Shown here: positions 40,496 to 50,455 of the stretch, piece after piece
Position numbering within the stretch: position 1 is the first letter of the stretch
Layout: each line of letters begins with the position of its first letter
DNA from: Alphaproteobacteria bacterium
Lineage (GTDB): Bacteria; Pseudomonadota; Alphaproteobacteria; MPNO01
NCBI GenBank assembly: GCA_965248835.1
Contig: CBDFLJ010000002.1
Location: forward strand, 1 to 64,000
DNA length: 64,000 nt
Direction: 5' to 3'
Made by a program: the position numbers and the translations under genes
Notes under the pieces: model-generated
Databases searched by the model: none
What the model saw: only the letters and a program-made list of their open reading frames with translations
What the model was told of the DNA's origin: nothing

Positions 40496-42021
40496 CGCCT
40501 TCCGGCAATCTGGGCGATATCTTCGCGGCCCACGCCGACAGCGAGCGCACGGCGATTGTCGACCTGTTTCGGCCGGAAGCCCCGCAGACCTTGAGCTACC
40601 GCGCGTTCGATCGGGCGTGCGGGGCAATGGCCGCGAGCCTGCGCGGACGCGGCCTCGCACCGGGCGACCGGGTGGCGATCTGCGCGGTCAACCGGCACGA
40701 ATACCTGGTAGCGCTGTTCGGGGCGATGCGCGCGGGCTGCGTGCCGGTGATGGTCAACATCAAACTGCCGGCCGATTCGGTCCGCTTCATTCTGGCCGAT
40801 TCCGGCTCCCGGCTGGTCTTCACCGACGGCGCGCTGGCCGCCGAACCGGAGAAAGCGGGGCTGGGCGCCGCACCGGTGGTCTCGCTGGACGATGCGGGCC
40901 CGCACGGCTACCGCGCGATGATCGCCGCGCCCCCGATGGCGTCCCATTGGCCCGCGCTCGGCGATATCGCCGAGCAGCCCTATACCTCCGGCTCGACGGG
41001 CCGGCCCAAGGGCGTGCTGCTCGATCACGCCGGCCAATGCTGGATGATCGACCAGCTCGTCGCCTCGCGCGAGATCAGGGACGATGACGCGAGCGTGGTC
41101 TCCGCCCCGCTCTACCACAAGAACGCCCTGCTCGCGGTCAAGTCCGCGCTCGCCGCCGGCGGGCGGATCGTGCTGTTTGCCCGCTTCGATGCCAGGCAGT
41201 ACATCCGCGCGATCGAAGAACAGGCGCTGTCCATGCTGACCGGCGTGCCGACGATGTACGCGCTGATCCTCCAGGAAGAAGACCTGCTGGCCCGCACCGA
41301 CCTGTCCTCGGTCCGCACCTGCTCGATGGGCTCGGCTCCGGCCTCGGATAATCTGCTCGACAGCCTGGCCGCTTTGTTCCCGAATGCCGCACTCAACCTC
41401 AACTACGGCATCACCGAGGGCGGGCCGATCATGTTCTCCTGGAGGCATCCCGAAGGACGGCCGCGCCCGCGGATGACCGTCGGCTACCCGCTGGAGGGCG
41501 CCGAGATAAGGCTGGTCGACGGCCCCGGCCCCGATCAGGGCACCTTGCATGTCAAGAGCCCCGGCGTGATGGCCGGCTATCACAACCTTCCCGAGGAGAC
41601 CGCGAAGTGCCTGCACGGCGGCTGGCTCGATACCGGCGACGTGCTGCGGCGGGATGCCGAAGGCTGGTACTACTTCGTCGGCCGCGTCGATGACATGTTC
41701 GTCACCGCGGGCGAGAACATCTATCCCGGCGTGGTCGAGGCCATGCTCGAGCGGCACCCGGACGTCCTCCAGGCCGTCGTTGTGCCGGCGCCCAATGCGC
41801 TCAAGGCCCACGTCCCGGTCGCCTTCGTGGTCCCGCGCAGCGCCGGGGCAATCGATGCCGAGACCGTCAAGCAGCACGCGCTGGCCAATGGTCCTGCCTA
41901 TGCCCACCCGCGGCAGGTCTTTTTCGTCGACGAATTGCCGCTGTCGGGCACCAACAAGATCGACCGGCGCCGGCTTGCCGCCCGCGCGGCGCAGGCGGCG
42001 CGTGAGCAAGGCAGCCTGTGA
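40492..42021 (+). CDS. AMP-dependent acyl-CoA synthetase
   Basis: YTSGSTGRPKG, YGITE, DTGD, GRVDDM...GENIYP, NKIDR. Confidence 0.9.
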   Translation: MTPSGNLGDIFAAHADSERTAIVDLFRPEAPQTLSYRAFDRACGAMAASLRGRGLAPGDRVAICAVNRHEYLVALFGAMRAGCVPVMVNIKLPADSVRFILADSGSRLVFTDGALAAEPEKAGLGAAPVVSLDDAGPHGYRAMIAAPPMASHWPALGDIAEQPYTSGSTGRPKGVLLDHAGQCWMIDQLVASREIRDDDASVVSAPLYHKNALLAVKSALAAGGRIVLFARFDARQYIRAIEEQALSMLTGVPTMYALILQEEDLLARTDLSSVRTCSMGSAPASDNLLDSLAALFPNAALNLNYGITEGGPIMFSWRHPEGRPRPRMTVGYPLEGAEIRLVDGPGPDQGTLHVKSPGVMAGYHNLPEETAKCLHGGWLDTGDVLRRDAEGWYYFVGRVDDMFVTAGENIYPGVVEAMLERHPDVLQAVVVPAPNALKAHVPVAFVVPRSAGAIDAETVKQHALANGPAYAHPRQVFFVDELPLSGTNKIDRRRLAARAAQAAREQGSL

Positions 42022-42133
42022 CGGCGAACGCCCGGTTCCCCGGCAGTTGCGCCGGCGGCGGTCCGGTTCCTGATGAGCGCGTGTTCCCCGAGGGCCGCCC
42101 GCGCGAGACCGCAACATGGCCGCGCCGGCAGAC

Positions 42134-42994
42134 TCAGGACATCAGCTCGCGGATATAGCCGGGCAGGGCGAAAGAGGCCGCGTGGATATCCGGGTTGTAG
42201 TAGCGCGTGGCGAGTCCGGCGGCGGCGAAGCGGCGTTCGATCTCCTCCCTCGCGGTGCGGCGCGGCTCGCGGCTGCGGCTGCCCCAGCCCAACGTCATGA
42301 ACCCCGCGCCATAGGTCGGCACCTGGGTCAAATAGAGCCAGGCATCGGCGAACAGCGGCGTCATCCGCGCGTGGGTGTCGCGCGCTTCGTGCTCCTGCAT
42401 GAAGGTCACGCCTGACTGGGTGACCAGGATGCCGCGCTCGCTCAGCCGCGATGCGCAATCGGCGTAAAACGGCGCCTCGAACAGCGCGACCGACGGGCCG
42501 ATCGGGTCGGTCGAATCGACGATGATAACGTCGAAGGTCTCATCGGTCGATTTCATGAACGCGGTTCCATCGGCGTAGACGACCTCCGCACGCGGGTCCT
42601 CGAACGCCTTGCCGCAGATCGAGGGCAGGAAGCGCTTGGACAGCTCGACCACGCCGGGATCGATCTCGACCATCACCGCGCGCTCGACATCGTGCTTGAG
42701 CACCTCCTCGAGCGCGCCGCCGTCGCCGCCGCCGATAATCGCCACCCGCTTCACCCGTCCGTGGGCCAGAATCGGCACATGCGCCAGCATCTCGTGATAG
42801 GCGAACTCGTCGCCTTCCGTGGTCTGGACGATGCCGTCGAGCGCGAGCACCCGGCCGAAGCGCGGGTTCTCGAAGATCACCAGGTCCTGGAATTCGGTCG
42901 TCTCGCGGTGGATGATCGCGGTGATGCGCAGCCGCTGCTGATACTCGTTGTACAAGGACTCGACAAACCAGCCCTCGTCGGTCTGTCGGCTCAT
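42134..42994 (-). CDS. speE: polyamine aminopropyltransferase (spermidine synthase)
   Basis: LDGIVQTTE.DEFAYHEM, IGGGDGG, DSTDPIGP. Confidence 0.95.
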   Translation of the reverse strand: MSRQTDEGWFVESLYNEYQQRLRITAIIHRETTEFQDLVIFENPRFGRVLALDGIVQTTEGDEFAYHEMLAHVPILAHGRVKRVAIIGGGDGGALEEVLKHDVERAVMVEIDPGVVELSKRFLPSICGKAFEDPRAEVVYADGTAFMKSTDETFDVIIVDSTDPIGPSVALFEAPFYADCASRLSERGILVTQSGVTFMQEHEARDTHARMTPLFADAWLYLTQVPTYGAGFMTLGWGSRSREPRRTAREEIERRFAAAGLATRYYNPDIHAASFALPGYIRELMS

Positions 42995-43431
42995 TCGAGA
43001 ATCCCGCGCTTTTGCTCGCTGACCTTCTCGCGGCGCGGCAGGAAGGTTCGCCGCAGCACCGGGATCGCGCGGCGCGGATTGCATTCGCCGCACATGAAGA
43101 CGTCGAAGGCCGCGTATCCGATCTCGGGCCAGGTGTGGACGCTGATGTGGGATTCCGCGAGCACCGCGACGCCGGAGACGCCGCCGTTCTCGGAAAATTG
43201 GTGGAGATGGATGTGGAGCAGTCTCGCCTGGCAGGCCGAGACGGCCTCGCGCAGCGCGCGCTCGACGACCGCCGTGTCGTCGAGGGAGGAGGCTTCCCAG
43301 AAGTCGATCAGCAGGTGGGTGCCTGCGTGGACCAGGCCTTCGCTACGGACCAGGTAGTCTTTGGATGAGTTGGTGCTTTTTCCGACGGCAACCGCCGGGT
43401 TATGTGGGGCAAGCGCGGTATTCTTGGCCAT
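42991..43431 (-). CDS. speD: S-adenosylmethionine decarboxylase proenzyme
   Basis: GTHLLID, LAESHISVHTWPE (E-S self-cleavage site), DVFMCG. Confidence 0.93.
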   Translation of the reverse strand: MAKNTALAPHNPAVAVGKSTNSSKDYLVRSEGLVHAGTHLLIDFWEASSLDDTAVVERALREAVSACQARLLHIHLHQFSENGGVSGVAVLAESHISVHTWPEIGYAAFDVFMCGECNPRRAIPVLRRTFLPRREKVSEQKRGILE

Positions 43432-43748
43432 TCATGGGACCTCCTTACGGCAGTGGGCCGGAAATTGCGGAGCGCGGGTTGTGAACCAGAATCCCAGGCG
43501 ATGCAAGGGAAAAGGCCGATCTCTCGGGCCGCCCGCCGGGTCTCGCCGACGGCCAGATCTTGGACTCAACGGCGTCCTGCTCTTCGATCATCACCCCGAT
43601 TCAGGGACCAAGCCGTCAGGCGCCAAAAGGCCCGTGCGCAAACCCTCGGCGTCGGCTACGGCGAGCAGGCCGAACAGAGGAGCGCGGTCACCTTGTTCAT
43701 GGACATCTGCCGCACGGCCACCCAGGTTCGAGCGGGCAGGGGAGCCGT

Positions 43749-44948
43749 TCACGCCAGCGCGGCGGTCCAGTCCGTGGCTTCCAGGATCTCGCGCACGCGG
43801 CCGAGGAAGCCCGCCGAGTAGGCGCCGTCGATCGCCCGGTGATCGAAGGACTGCGCAAGCACGCCGACCGGGCGGATGGCGATCGCATCGCCCGCCGGCT
43901 GCTCGATGACTACGGGCTTCTTGCGCACGCCGTCGGTCGACAGGATGGCGACCTGCGGCTGGTTGATGATCGGCGCGGTGATCAGGGTGCCGAAGGTGCC
44001 GGAATTCGACAGCGTATAGGTCCCCCCGGACAGCGCGTCGGGAGTAATGGTGCCGGCGCGCGCCCGGGCCGCGACATCGCGGATCGAGCGGGCGAGTGCG
44101 GCCACGTCCAACCCGTCGGCGCCGCGCACCACCGGCGCCATCAGCCCGCCGGGGCCGAGATCGACCGCGATGCCCAGATGGACCCGGCGGTGGACGATCA
44201 GGTTGTCGCCCTCGATCGCCGCATTGACGTGGGGGAAATCGGCGATCGCCTGGCACACCGCGCGGGCGATGAACGGCAGGTAGCTGAGCGCGAAACCCTC
44301 CTTGGCGCGCCAGGCAGCGCCGACGGCGCTGCGCGCCGCATCGACGGCATGGAAATCGACCTCGACGGCCTGCAGGACATGCGGGCTAGTCGCCTTGGAC
44401 CGCACCATGTGTGCGGCGATCTGCTTGCGGATGCGGCTCAACGGCACGGTCTCGGTAGCCGAAGCGGCGGGCCTCGCGCCGATCTGCGCCTCGACATCGC
44501 GCCGGGTGATCCGCTCCTGCCTGCCGGTGCCCGAAAGGGCGGCGATGTTCAGCCCGTGCGTGGCGATCAGGCGGCGGACCGCGGGCGAGAGCGGCCGGCC
44601 GGCCTGATCGCGGCGCGGCACGGACGCGATGGACGGCCTGGTCGCGGCTGCCGCGGCGCCGGCCGCTGCGGTGTGGCGCGCCGCCGGGGCGGGCGGCGCG
44701 CTTTGCGTTACCGCGCCTTCCTCGGCGATCACCCCGAGCTTGGTGCCGACGGCAACCGTTGCGCCCTCGGCGACGATGATCTCCGCCAACACGCCGCCGC
44801 CGGGCGCCGGGACCTCGGCCTCGACCTTGTCGGTCGAGACCTCGAACAGGATCTCGTCGGCCTCGATGCGATCGCCCGGCGCCTTGTGCCAGACCGTGAC
44901 CGTGCCTTCGGAGACGGTCTCGCCGAGCTGCGGCATCAGGATGTCCAT
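43749..44948 (-). CDS. 2-oxoacid dehydrogenase E2 (dihydrolipoamide acyltransferase)
   Basis: Lipoyl domain MPQLGE...STDKV, E3-binding LSPAVRRL, catalytic FDHRAIDG. Confidence 0.92.
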   Translation of the reverse strand: MDILMPQLGETVSEGTVTVWHKAPGDRIEADEILFEVSTDKVEAEVPAPGGGVLAEIIVAEGATVAVGTKLGVIAEEGAVTQSAPPAPAARHTAAAGAAAAATRPSIASVPRRDQAGRPLSPAVRRLIATHGLNIAALSGTGRQERITRRDVEAQIGARPAASATETVPLSRIRKQIAAHMVRSKATSPHVLQAVEVDFHAVDAARSAVGAAWRAKEGFALSYLPFIARAVCQAIADFPHVNAAIEGDNLIVHRRVHLGIAVDLGPGGLMAPVVRGADGLDVAALARSIRDVAARARAGTITPDALSGGTYTLSNSGTFGTLITAPIINQPQVAILSTDGVRKKPVVIEQPAGDAIAIRPVGVLAQSFDHRAIDGAYSAGFLGRVREILEATDWTAALA

Positions 44949-44955
44949 TGCCCGT

Positions 44956-45933
44956 TCAGCCCATGTTGGCGCGCACGGTGTCCGCGATCCGCTCGACCGA
45001 AGGCAGCGCCAGGCCTTCGAGGTTCTCGGCCGCGGGCAGCGGGATATGCGGTGTCGTGATGCGCACGATCGGCCCGTCGAGGTCGTAGAAACACTCCTCG
45101 CCTGCGATGGAGGCGATCTCCGCACCCCAGCCGCAGAGCCTCGGGTTCTCCTCGACGGTGAACAGATGACCGGTATCGGCGACCGAGGCGAGGATGGTCC
45201 TTGTGTCGAGCGGCACCAGCGAGCGGACGTCGATGACCCGGGCGGAGATGCCGTCCTCCTCCGCCAGCCGGTCGGCCGCCGCGACCGCCCGCGGCACCAT
45301 GGCGGCAAGCGCGAGGATGGTCGCATCCTCGCCCTCGCGCACCACCTTGGCGGTGCCCAGCGTGTCGACGTGCTCGCCCTCGGGCACTTCGCCCTTGGTG
45401 GCATAGAGGGATTTCTGCTCGAAGAAGATCACCGGGTCCGGATCGCGGATCGAGGCGGCGAGCAGGCCCATCACGTCCGCGGGCGTCGAAGGTGCGACGA
45501 CCTTGAGGCCGGGGATCATCATCGCCCAGTTCTCGATCGACTGGGAATGCTGGGCGCCGAACCCGACCCCGCCGCCGTTCGCGGTGCGGATCACCAGCGG
45601 GAAGGCGACCTGGCCGTTGGTCATGTAGCGCGATTTGGCGATCTCGTTGGCGACGATATCCCAACAGACTGCGAAGAAGTCCGAGAACATGATCTCCGCG
45701 ATCGGCCTGAGCCCGGTCATCGCCGCCCCCATGGCCGCGCCCAGGATCGCCTGCTCGGAGATCGGGGTGTCGCGCACCCGGATCGGCCCGAACTCCTCAA
45801 AGAGCCCGACGCTGGTCTTGAACACGCCGCCGGCCGCGGCCACGTCCTCGCCCAGGAAGACCACGGATGGATCGCGCCTCATCTCCTGGGAGATTGCCGC
45901 CGCCACCGCCTCGCGATAGGTCAGTTCCGCCAT
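44956..45933 (-). CDS. TPP-dependent dehydrogenase E1 beta subunit (AcoB/PdhB-like)
   Basis: GEDV, DTPISEQ, EIMFSDF, AQHSQ. Confidence 0.92.
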   Translation of the reverse strand: MAELTYREAVAAAISQEMRRDPSVVFLGEDVAAAGGVFKTSVGLFEEFGPIRVRDTPISEQAILGAAMGAAMTGLRPIAEIMFSDFFAVCWDIVANEIAKSRYMTNGQVAFPLVIRTANGGGVGFGAQHSQSIENWAMMIPGLKVVAPSTPADVMGLLAASIRDPDPVIFFEQKSLYATKGEVPEGEHVDTLGTAKVVREGEDATILALAAMVPRAVAAADRLAEEDGISARVIDVRSLVPLDTRTILASVADTGHLFTVEENPRLCGWGAEIASIAGEECFYDLDGPIVRITTPHIPLPAAENLEGLALPSVERIADTVRANMG

Positions 45934-47015
45934 GCCGCGCCTCCGTCGGCGTAGACCTCGGTCTCGAGGATCGAGACCGGTGGGACCGGGGATGCCTTGG
46001 CCGTCTCCGTAGCCGCATCGACGGCGGCCAGGACCTCGGCATCGATGTTCTCGATCACGGCCTCGGCGATCCCGAATTCGATCAGCCGCCGGCGATAGTT
46101 CGGGATCGGATCCCGCTCCAGCCAGGCGGCGACCTCCTCCTCCGGACGGTAGGTGCCGGGGTCGGCCCGCGAATGGCCGCTATGGCGGTAGGTCTTGGCC
46201 TCGATCAGCGAAGGGCCGTCGCCGTCGCGGGCCTTGGCAAACGCCCTCTGTGCGATCCGGTAGACGGCATCGGCGTCGTTGCCGTCGACGATGATCGACT
46301 CCATCCCGTAGGCCGATGCGCGGTCCGCGGCCGGGTGCTCGACCGGGATCACCTCCGCGATCGGGGTGTATTCCATATAGAGGTTGTTCTCGCAGACGAA
46401 GATCACCGGCAGCTTCCAGATCTGCGCCATGTTGAGCGCCTCGTGGAAAGCGCCGATATTGGTGGTGCCGTCGCCGAAGAAGCAGACCGAGACCTGATCG
46501 GTGCCGCGGTACTGGGCCGACCACGCCGCCCCCATGGCGATGGGCAGGTGCGCGCCGATGATCGCGTACGAGCCCATCGCGCCGTGCTCGACGCTGGTCA
46601 GGTGCATCGAGCCGCCCTTCCCATTCAGGAGGCCGCAGTCGCGGCCCATCAGCTCGCCCAGGACCCCGGCCATCGACGCGCCGCGAGCCAACGTGTGGGC
46701 ATGGCCGCGATAGGTGCAGAAGGTGTAGTCGCCGTCCTTCATCGCGACAGCGAAGCCGGCCGCGATCGCCTCCTGGCCAAGCGAGAGATGGACCGTGCCC
46801 CGCACCAGGTTCTGCAGGAACAGGTCGTGGACGCGCTTTTCCAGATGGCGGATCTCGATCTGGGACCGCCAGAGCTTGAGCCGGTTGTCCTCGCCGATAT
46901 CATCGTTGGCGAGCGGATCTCGCGGCTTGCGCGCGGGCCGGGCGGATCTGCCTGCCGCGGCCCCCTTCGCCGCCCCCTTGGCCGCCCGCGGCGTCTTCCT
47001 GGTCGCCTTGGCCAT
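45921..47015 (-). CDS. TPP-dependent dehydrogenase E1 alpha subunit (AcoA/PdhA-like)
   Basis: GQEA, YRGH, GKGGSMH, TPP motif GDG..N...ENN, YRHSGHS. Confidence 0.92.
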   Translation of the reverse strand: MAKATRKTPRAAKGAAKGAAAGRSARPARKPRDPLANDDIGEDNRLKLWRSQIEIRHLEKRVHDLFLQNLVRGTVHLSLGQEAIAAGFAVAMKDGDYTFCTYRGHAHTLARGASMAGVLGELMGRDCGLLNGKGGSMHLTSVEHGAMGSYAIIGAHLPIAMGAAWSAQYRGTDQVSVCFFGDGTTNIGAFHEALNMAQIWKLPVIFVCENNLYMEYTPIAEVIPVEHPAADRASAYGMESIIVDGNDADAVYRIAQRAFAKARDGDGPSLIEAKTYRHSGHSRADPGTYRPEEEVAAWLERDPIPNYRRRLIEFGIAEAVIENIDAEVLAAVDAATETAKASPVPPVSILETEVYADGGAAWRN

Positions 47016-47030
47016 GTCTTCCTCCCCGCC

Positions 47031-48308
47031 TCAGTACTTGGCCGAGATCGGCATCTCTTCGGCCGGGTAGAGGCTGATCAGCTTGGGTCCCTTGTCGGTC
47101 ACCACGACTTCCTCCTCGATGCGGGCGGCCGAATAGCCGTCCTTGGCCGGGCAGTACGTCTCCAGCGCGAACACCATGCCTTCCTTGATCTCCTTGGGAT
47201 CTTCCATGGAGACCAGGCGGCTGATGATCGGCCGCTCGTGGATCGAAACCCCCAACCCGTGGCCGAACTGCAGCCCGAAGGCTTCCATCTCGCCGGCGAA
47301 GCCGAACTCTTCGGCGTGCGGCCAGACCTGGGCGATTTCGTCGGTGGACACGCCCGGCCGAACCCGCTCGATCGCCGCGTCGAGCCATTCGCGGCATTGC
47401 TTGTAGGCGTCCTCCTGGACCGGGGTCGCGCGCCCGACATTGAACGTGCGGTAATAGCAGGTGCGGTAGCCCATGTAGGAATGCAGGACATCGAAGAACG
47501 CCTGATCGCCCGGCCGCACCATCCGGTCGGTGAAGTTGTGCGGATGCGGGTTGCAGCGCTCGCCGGAGATCGCGTTGATCGCCTCGACATCGTCGGAGCC
47601 CATCTCGTAGAGCAGTTTGTTGGCGCGCGCGACGATGTCGTTCTCGCGCACGCCGGGCTTAAGTTCCTCGCCGATCATGTGATAGACCGCATCCACCATG
47701 CCCGCAGCCTGGTTCAGGAGCACGATCTCGTCGATGTTCTTGACCTCGCGGGCATCGAGCATGACCTGCTGGCCGTCGCGCACCTCGATATTGCGCTTCT
47801 GCAATTCGAACAGCATCGGCGGCTCGCAGACATCGACTCCGATCGGCTGGTCGCCGACCCCGGCATCGTCCAGCATGGCCTTGATCTGCTCGGCGGCCCT
47901 GGTCATCAGCCCGGCGGCCGGCGGCACGGTCCCGCGCAGGCCGAGCATGCCGGCGTGGATGTGGTCGTCGGCAAGCCACGGCGCGTTGATCCGGTGATGG
48001 GTCGCGGCCGAGCCGAAGTCCCAGACATGGGGCTCCTGGCCGCGCATCAGCAGCGCATAGCGCGACAGCTTGTCCCTCGACCACTCGCCGATCGCCGTCC
48101 CGGTCAGATACCGGATATTGTTGTTGTCAAAGCACAGCAGCGCGCCGAGATCGGAGTTCCCCAACGCCTGCCTGGCGCGCTCCAGCCGGTAAGTGCGCAG
48201 CCGGTCGAAATTGACCCGTTCCTCGGTGTCGACGCCGTTATGTCCGGGCGCCGGGATGGCCCGGTTCCAGTTGTATCCCGGGTCGAGGCTCTTCGGATCG
48301 GCAACCAT
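47031..48308 (-). CDS. M24 (Xaa-Pro peptidase/creatinase-fold) family protein
   Basis: NIRYLT N-domain, VKNIDEI, GHGLG...HE.P, GMVFALET, RIEEEVVVT. Confidence 0.85.
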   Translation of the reverse strand: MVADPKSLDPGYNWNRAIPAPGHNGVDTEERVNFDRLRTYRLERARQALGNSDLGALLCFDNNNIRYLTGTAIGEWSRDKLSRYALLMRGQEPHVWDFGSAATHHRINAPWLADDHIHAGMLGLRGTVPPAAGLMTRAAEQIKAMLDDAGVGDQPIGVDVCEPPMLFELQKRNIEVRDGQQVMLDAREVKNIDEIVLLNQAAGMVDAVYHMIGEELKPGVRENDIVARANKLLYEMGSDDVEAINAISGERCNPHPHNFTDRMVRPGDQAFFDVLHSYMGYRTCYYRTFNVGRATPVQEDAYKQCREWLDAAIERVRPGVSTDEIAQVWPHAEEFGFAGEMEAFGLQFGHGLGVSIHERPIISRLVSMEDPKEIKEGMVFALETYCPAKDGYSAARIEEEVVVTDKGPKLISLYPAEEMPISAKY

Positions 48309-48337
48309 GGCTGCTCCTTTCCAGGTCGTCCTTACTC

Positions 48338-49219
48338 TCATTCAAGCCCGCTTGCGCGTGCCTGTTCAAGGGCGACGACCGCCCAGTCGCGCTCGCCGTC
48401 GCCGTGCGCGATCGCGCCAAGCAGCCGGTCGCGCCAGACATTGGCCGAGGGCAGCGGCATGTTGACCGCCTCGGCCGCGGTCAGCGCGAGGTTGGCGTCC
48501 TTGAGGCCGAGCACCGCGGTGATCCCGACCCGGTCGTAGTCCTGCTTGGCGATGATGTCGCCGTAGATCTTGTAAGCGGGCGAGGCGAACAGCGCATCGG
48601 TCATCACCTCGTAGAGCACGGCGGGGTCGACGCCGTAGCGCCGGATCAGGGCGAAGGCCTCGCCCATGACCTCGATCGCGCAGCCCAGCACGAAATTGTT
48701 GGCGACCTTGATCGCCGCCGCGGCCTCGGCCGCATCGCCGGCCGGAAAGGACTTGCGGCCGATGACGTCGAACAGCGGCTGGCAGCGCGCCAGAGCATCG
48801 GCCGGGCCGCCGATGACGATGCCCAACTGGCCGGCGGCGGCGACATCGGGGCGGCCCAGCACCGGGGCGGCGACGAAAGTCTGGCCCGCCTCGGCATGGG
48901 ACGCCGCAAGCGCGCGGCAAATGTCGACGCCGTGGGTGCCCATGCCGGCATGGATCGCGCCGGGGGGCATCGAGGCGATGATGCCTTCGGGCGCATGCGC
49001 CAGCGCCTCCAGAGCGCCATCGGTGCCGAGCATGGTGATCACCACCTCGGCGTCGACGACCGCCTCGGCGATGGAACCGGCGATCCGCGCGCCGTTCTCG
49101 GCAAGGTCAGCGGCCTTGCCCGGCGTCCGGTTGTAGCCGGTCAGCTCATGGCCCGCGCCCAGCACGCGCGCGGCCATGCCCTGGCCCATCCGGCCCAGTC
49201 CGATGAACCCAACCTTCAT
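48338..49219 (-). CDS. 3-hydroxyisobutyrate dehydrogenase-family NAD(P)-dependent oxidoreductase
   Basis: GFIGLGRMG, APVLG, catalytic KVANN, KD. Confidence 0.88.
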   Translation of the reverse strand: MKVGFIGLGRMGQGMAARVLGAGHELTGYNRTPGKAADLAENGARIAGSIAEAVVDAEVVITMLGTDGALEALAHAPEGIIASMPPGAIHAGMGTHGVDICRALAASHAEAGQTFVAAPVLGRPDVAAAGQLGIVIGGPADALARCQPLFDVIGRKSFPAGDAAEAAAAIKVANNFVLGCAIEVMGEAFALIRRYGVDPAVLYEVMTDALFASPAYKIYGDIIAKQDYDRVGITAVLGLKDANLALTAAEAVNMPLPSANVWRDRLLGAIAHGDGERDWAVVALEQARASGLE

Positions 49220-49254
49220 CCCATCTCCCCGCCGGGCTTGTATCGGCCGCCGGC

Positions 49255-50451
49255 TCAGACGAGCTCTGCCTTCACCCATTCGAGCTCGCGCACAACGTAG
49301 TCCGTGATATCGCCGGTCTTCAAGCGGTCCGGCAGGACGTCCCAGGTATAGGTCTCGATCTCGAGCTGGTCGGAGACCGGGTGTGCCTTGTGAAACGCAA
49401 GCGCATCCTCGATCGCAAACCGCGTGGTCTTGAACGCCCCCAGATCGTCGAGGAAGACCGGGACGTGGAAATGGGTGCGCCATTCGCGCGGTCCCGGATC
49501 GGCTTCGAAGGCGGCGAAGGCATCCTCGAGGTTGAGGTAGCGCGTAAGCCGGCCCTGGCGCATCTCGACCGTCTGGGTGAGATAGACCGTATCGGCAAAC
49601 GGCCGAAGCTTTTCGACGACGTCCCGGTTGACCTCGGGCATGCGCAGCGCGGCTGCTTCCTGGAGCTTGAACACAGGCACGCCGGCATCGACCAGCGCCC
49701 GCAGCGAGGCCGCGATGTCCTCGAACTCGACCGCCTGGTGGCAGATGTCGAAAACGATCCCGAGATGGCGGTGAAGGGCGGCCTCGGCCGCGGACCCTGA
49801 AAGCCCGGTCGATTTTGCGATGCTCTGCACCGCGGCAGGCGCGTAGAGCCGGTCCTTGAAGCAGGCGATGGTTTCCTCGGTGGTCTCCAGGAAGCAGTGC
49901 GGCTCCGGCTCGAGCCCGAGCCGGACCGTCTGCCCGGTCCGCGCCGCCAGGTCGATCAGATGGGCGACCACGCGCAGGGTTTGGCGGGTGTAGTCGTCGA
50001 CCACGTCGGGGCCGGTGACCCGCGGCTTGAAGCCCAGCGGGGCGCTCTGGATCGACGGCGCTACGAAGTCCGGCGAGACCTCGGCGAGAATGTCGGCCAC
50101 CGCCATGGTGTATTCGGCCCGCGTGTCGGTCCGCCAATCAGGCTCGTAGACCTGCTCCTTGACCCGCTGGTTCTTGAACGGGCCGTGCGGGAAGGCGTTG
50201 ACGGTATAGAGGTACATGTCGTTGTCGGCCAGAAACGCCTTGAGCCGGGCGCGTTCGTCCGGATCGCCGGCGAGCCGGCCGGCGGATGCGCCCGACAGCC
50301 TGAGCGAGACCCCGAACGGCACGTCGGGCGCGAACCGCGCCTTCACGGCCGGGACATAGGTCGTCAGGCTTCGCCACATCTCCTCCCAGGTGTCGCCCGG
50401 GTGGATCAGCGTAGAATAGGTGAGGTGGCCGATGCCGTTGCCGAGTTCCAT
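49255..50451 (-). CDS. eboE: EboE-family xylose isomerase-like TIM barrel protein
   Basis: TYSTLIHPGDTW, NAFPHGPF, VKEQVYEPDW, LEPEP, DICHQAVEFE, EWRTHFHVP, LEIETYTW. Confidence 0.85.
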   Translation of the reverse strand: MELGNGIGHLTYSTLIHPGDTWEEMWRSLTTYVPAVKARFAPDVPFGVSLRLSGASAGRLAGDPDERARLKAFLADNDMYLYTVNAFPHGPFKNQRVKEQVYEPDWRTDTRAEYTMAVADILAEVSPDFVAPSIQSAPLGFKPRVTGPDVVDDYTRQTLRVVAHLIDLAARTGQTVRLGLEPEPHCFLETTEETIACFKDRLYAPAAVQSIAKSTGLSGSAAEAALHRHLGIVFDICHQAVEFEDIAASLRALVDAGVPVFKLQEAAALRMPEVNRDVVEKLRPFADTVYLTQTVEMRQGRLTRYLNLEDAFAAFEADPGPREWRTHFHVPVFLDDLGAFKTTRFAIEDALAFHKAHPVSDQLEIETYTWDVLPDRLKTGDITDYVVRELEWVKAELV

Positions 50452-50455
50452 CGTC

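Noticed and set aside
43436-43748. About 300-bp gap before speD as a riboswitch, sRNA or small gene
   Set aside because: No recognisable SAM-riboswitch or tRNA motif and no convincing ORF; a covariance-model search would be needed
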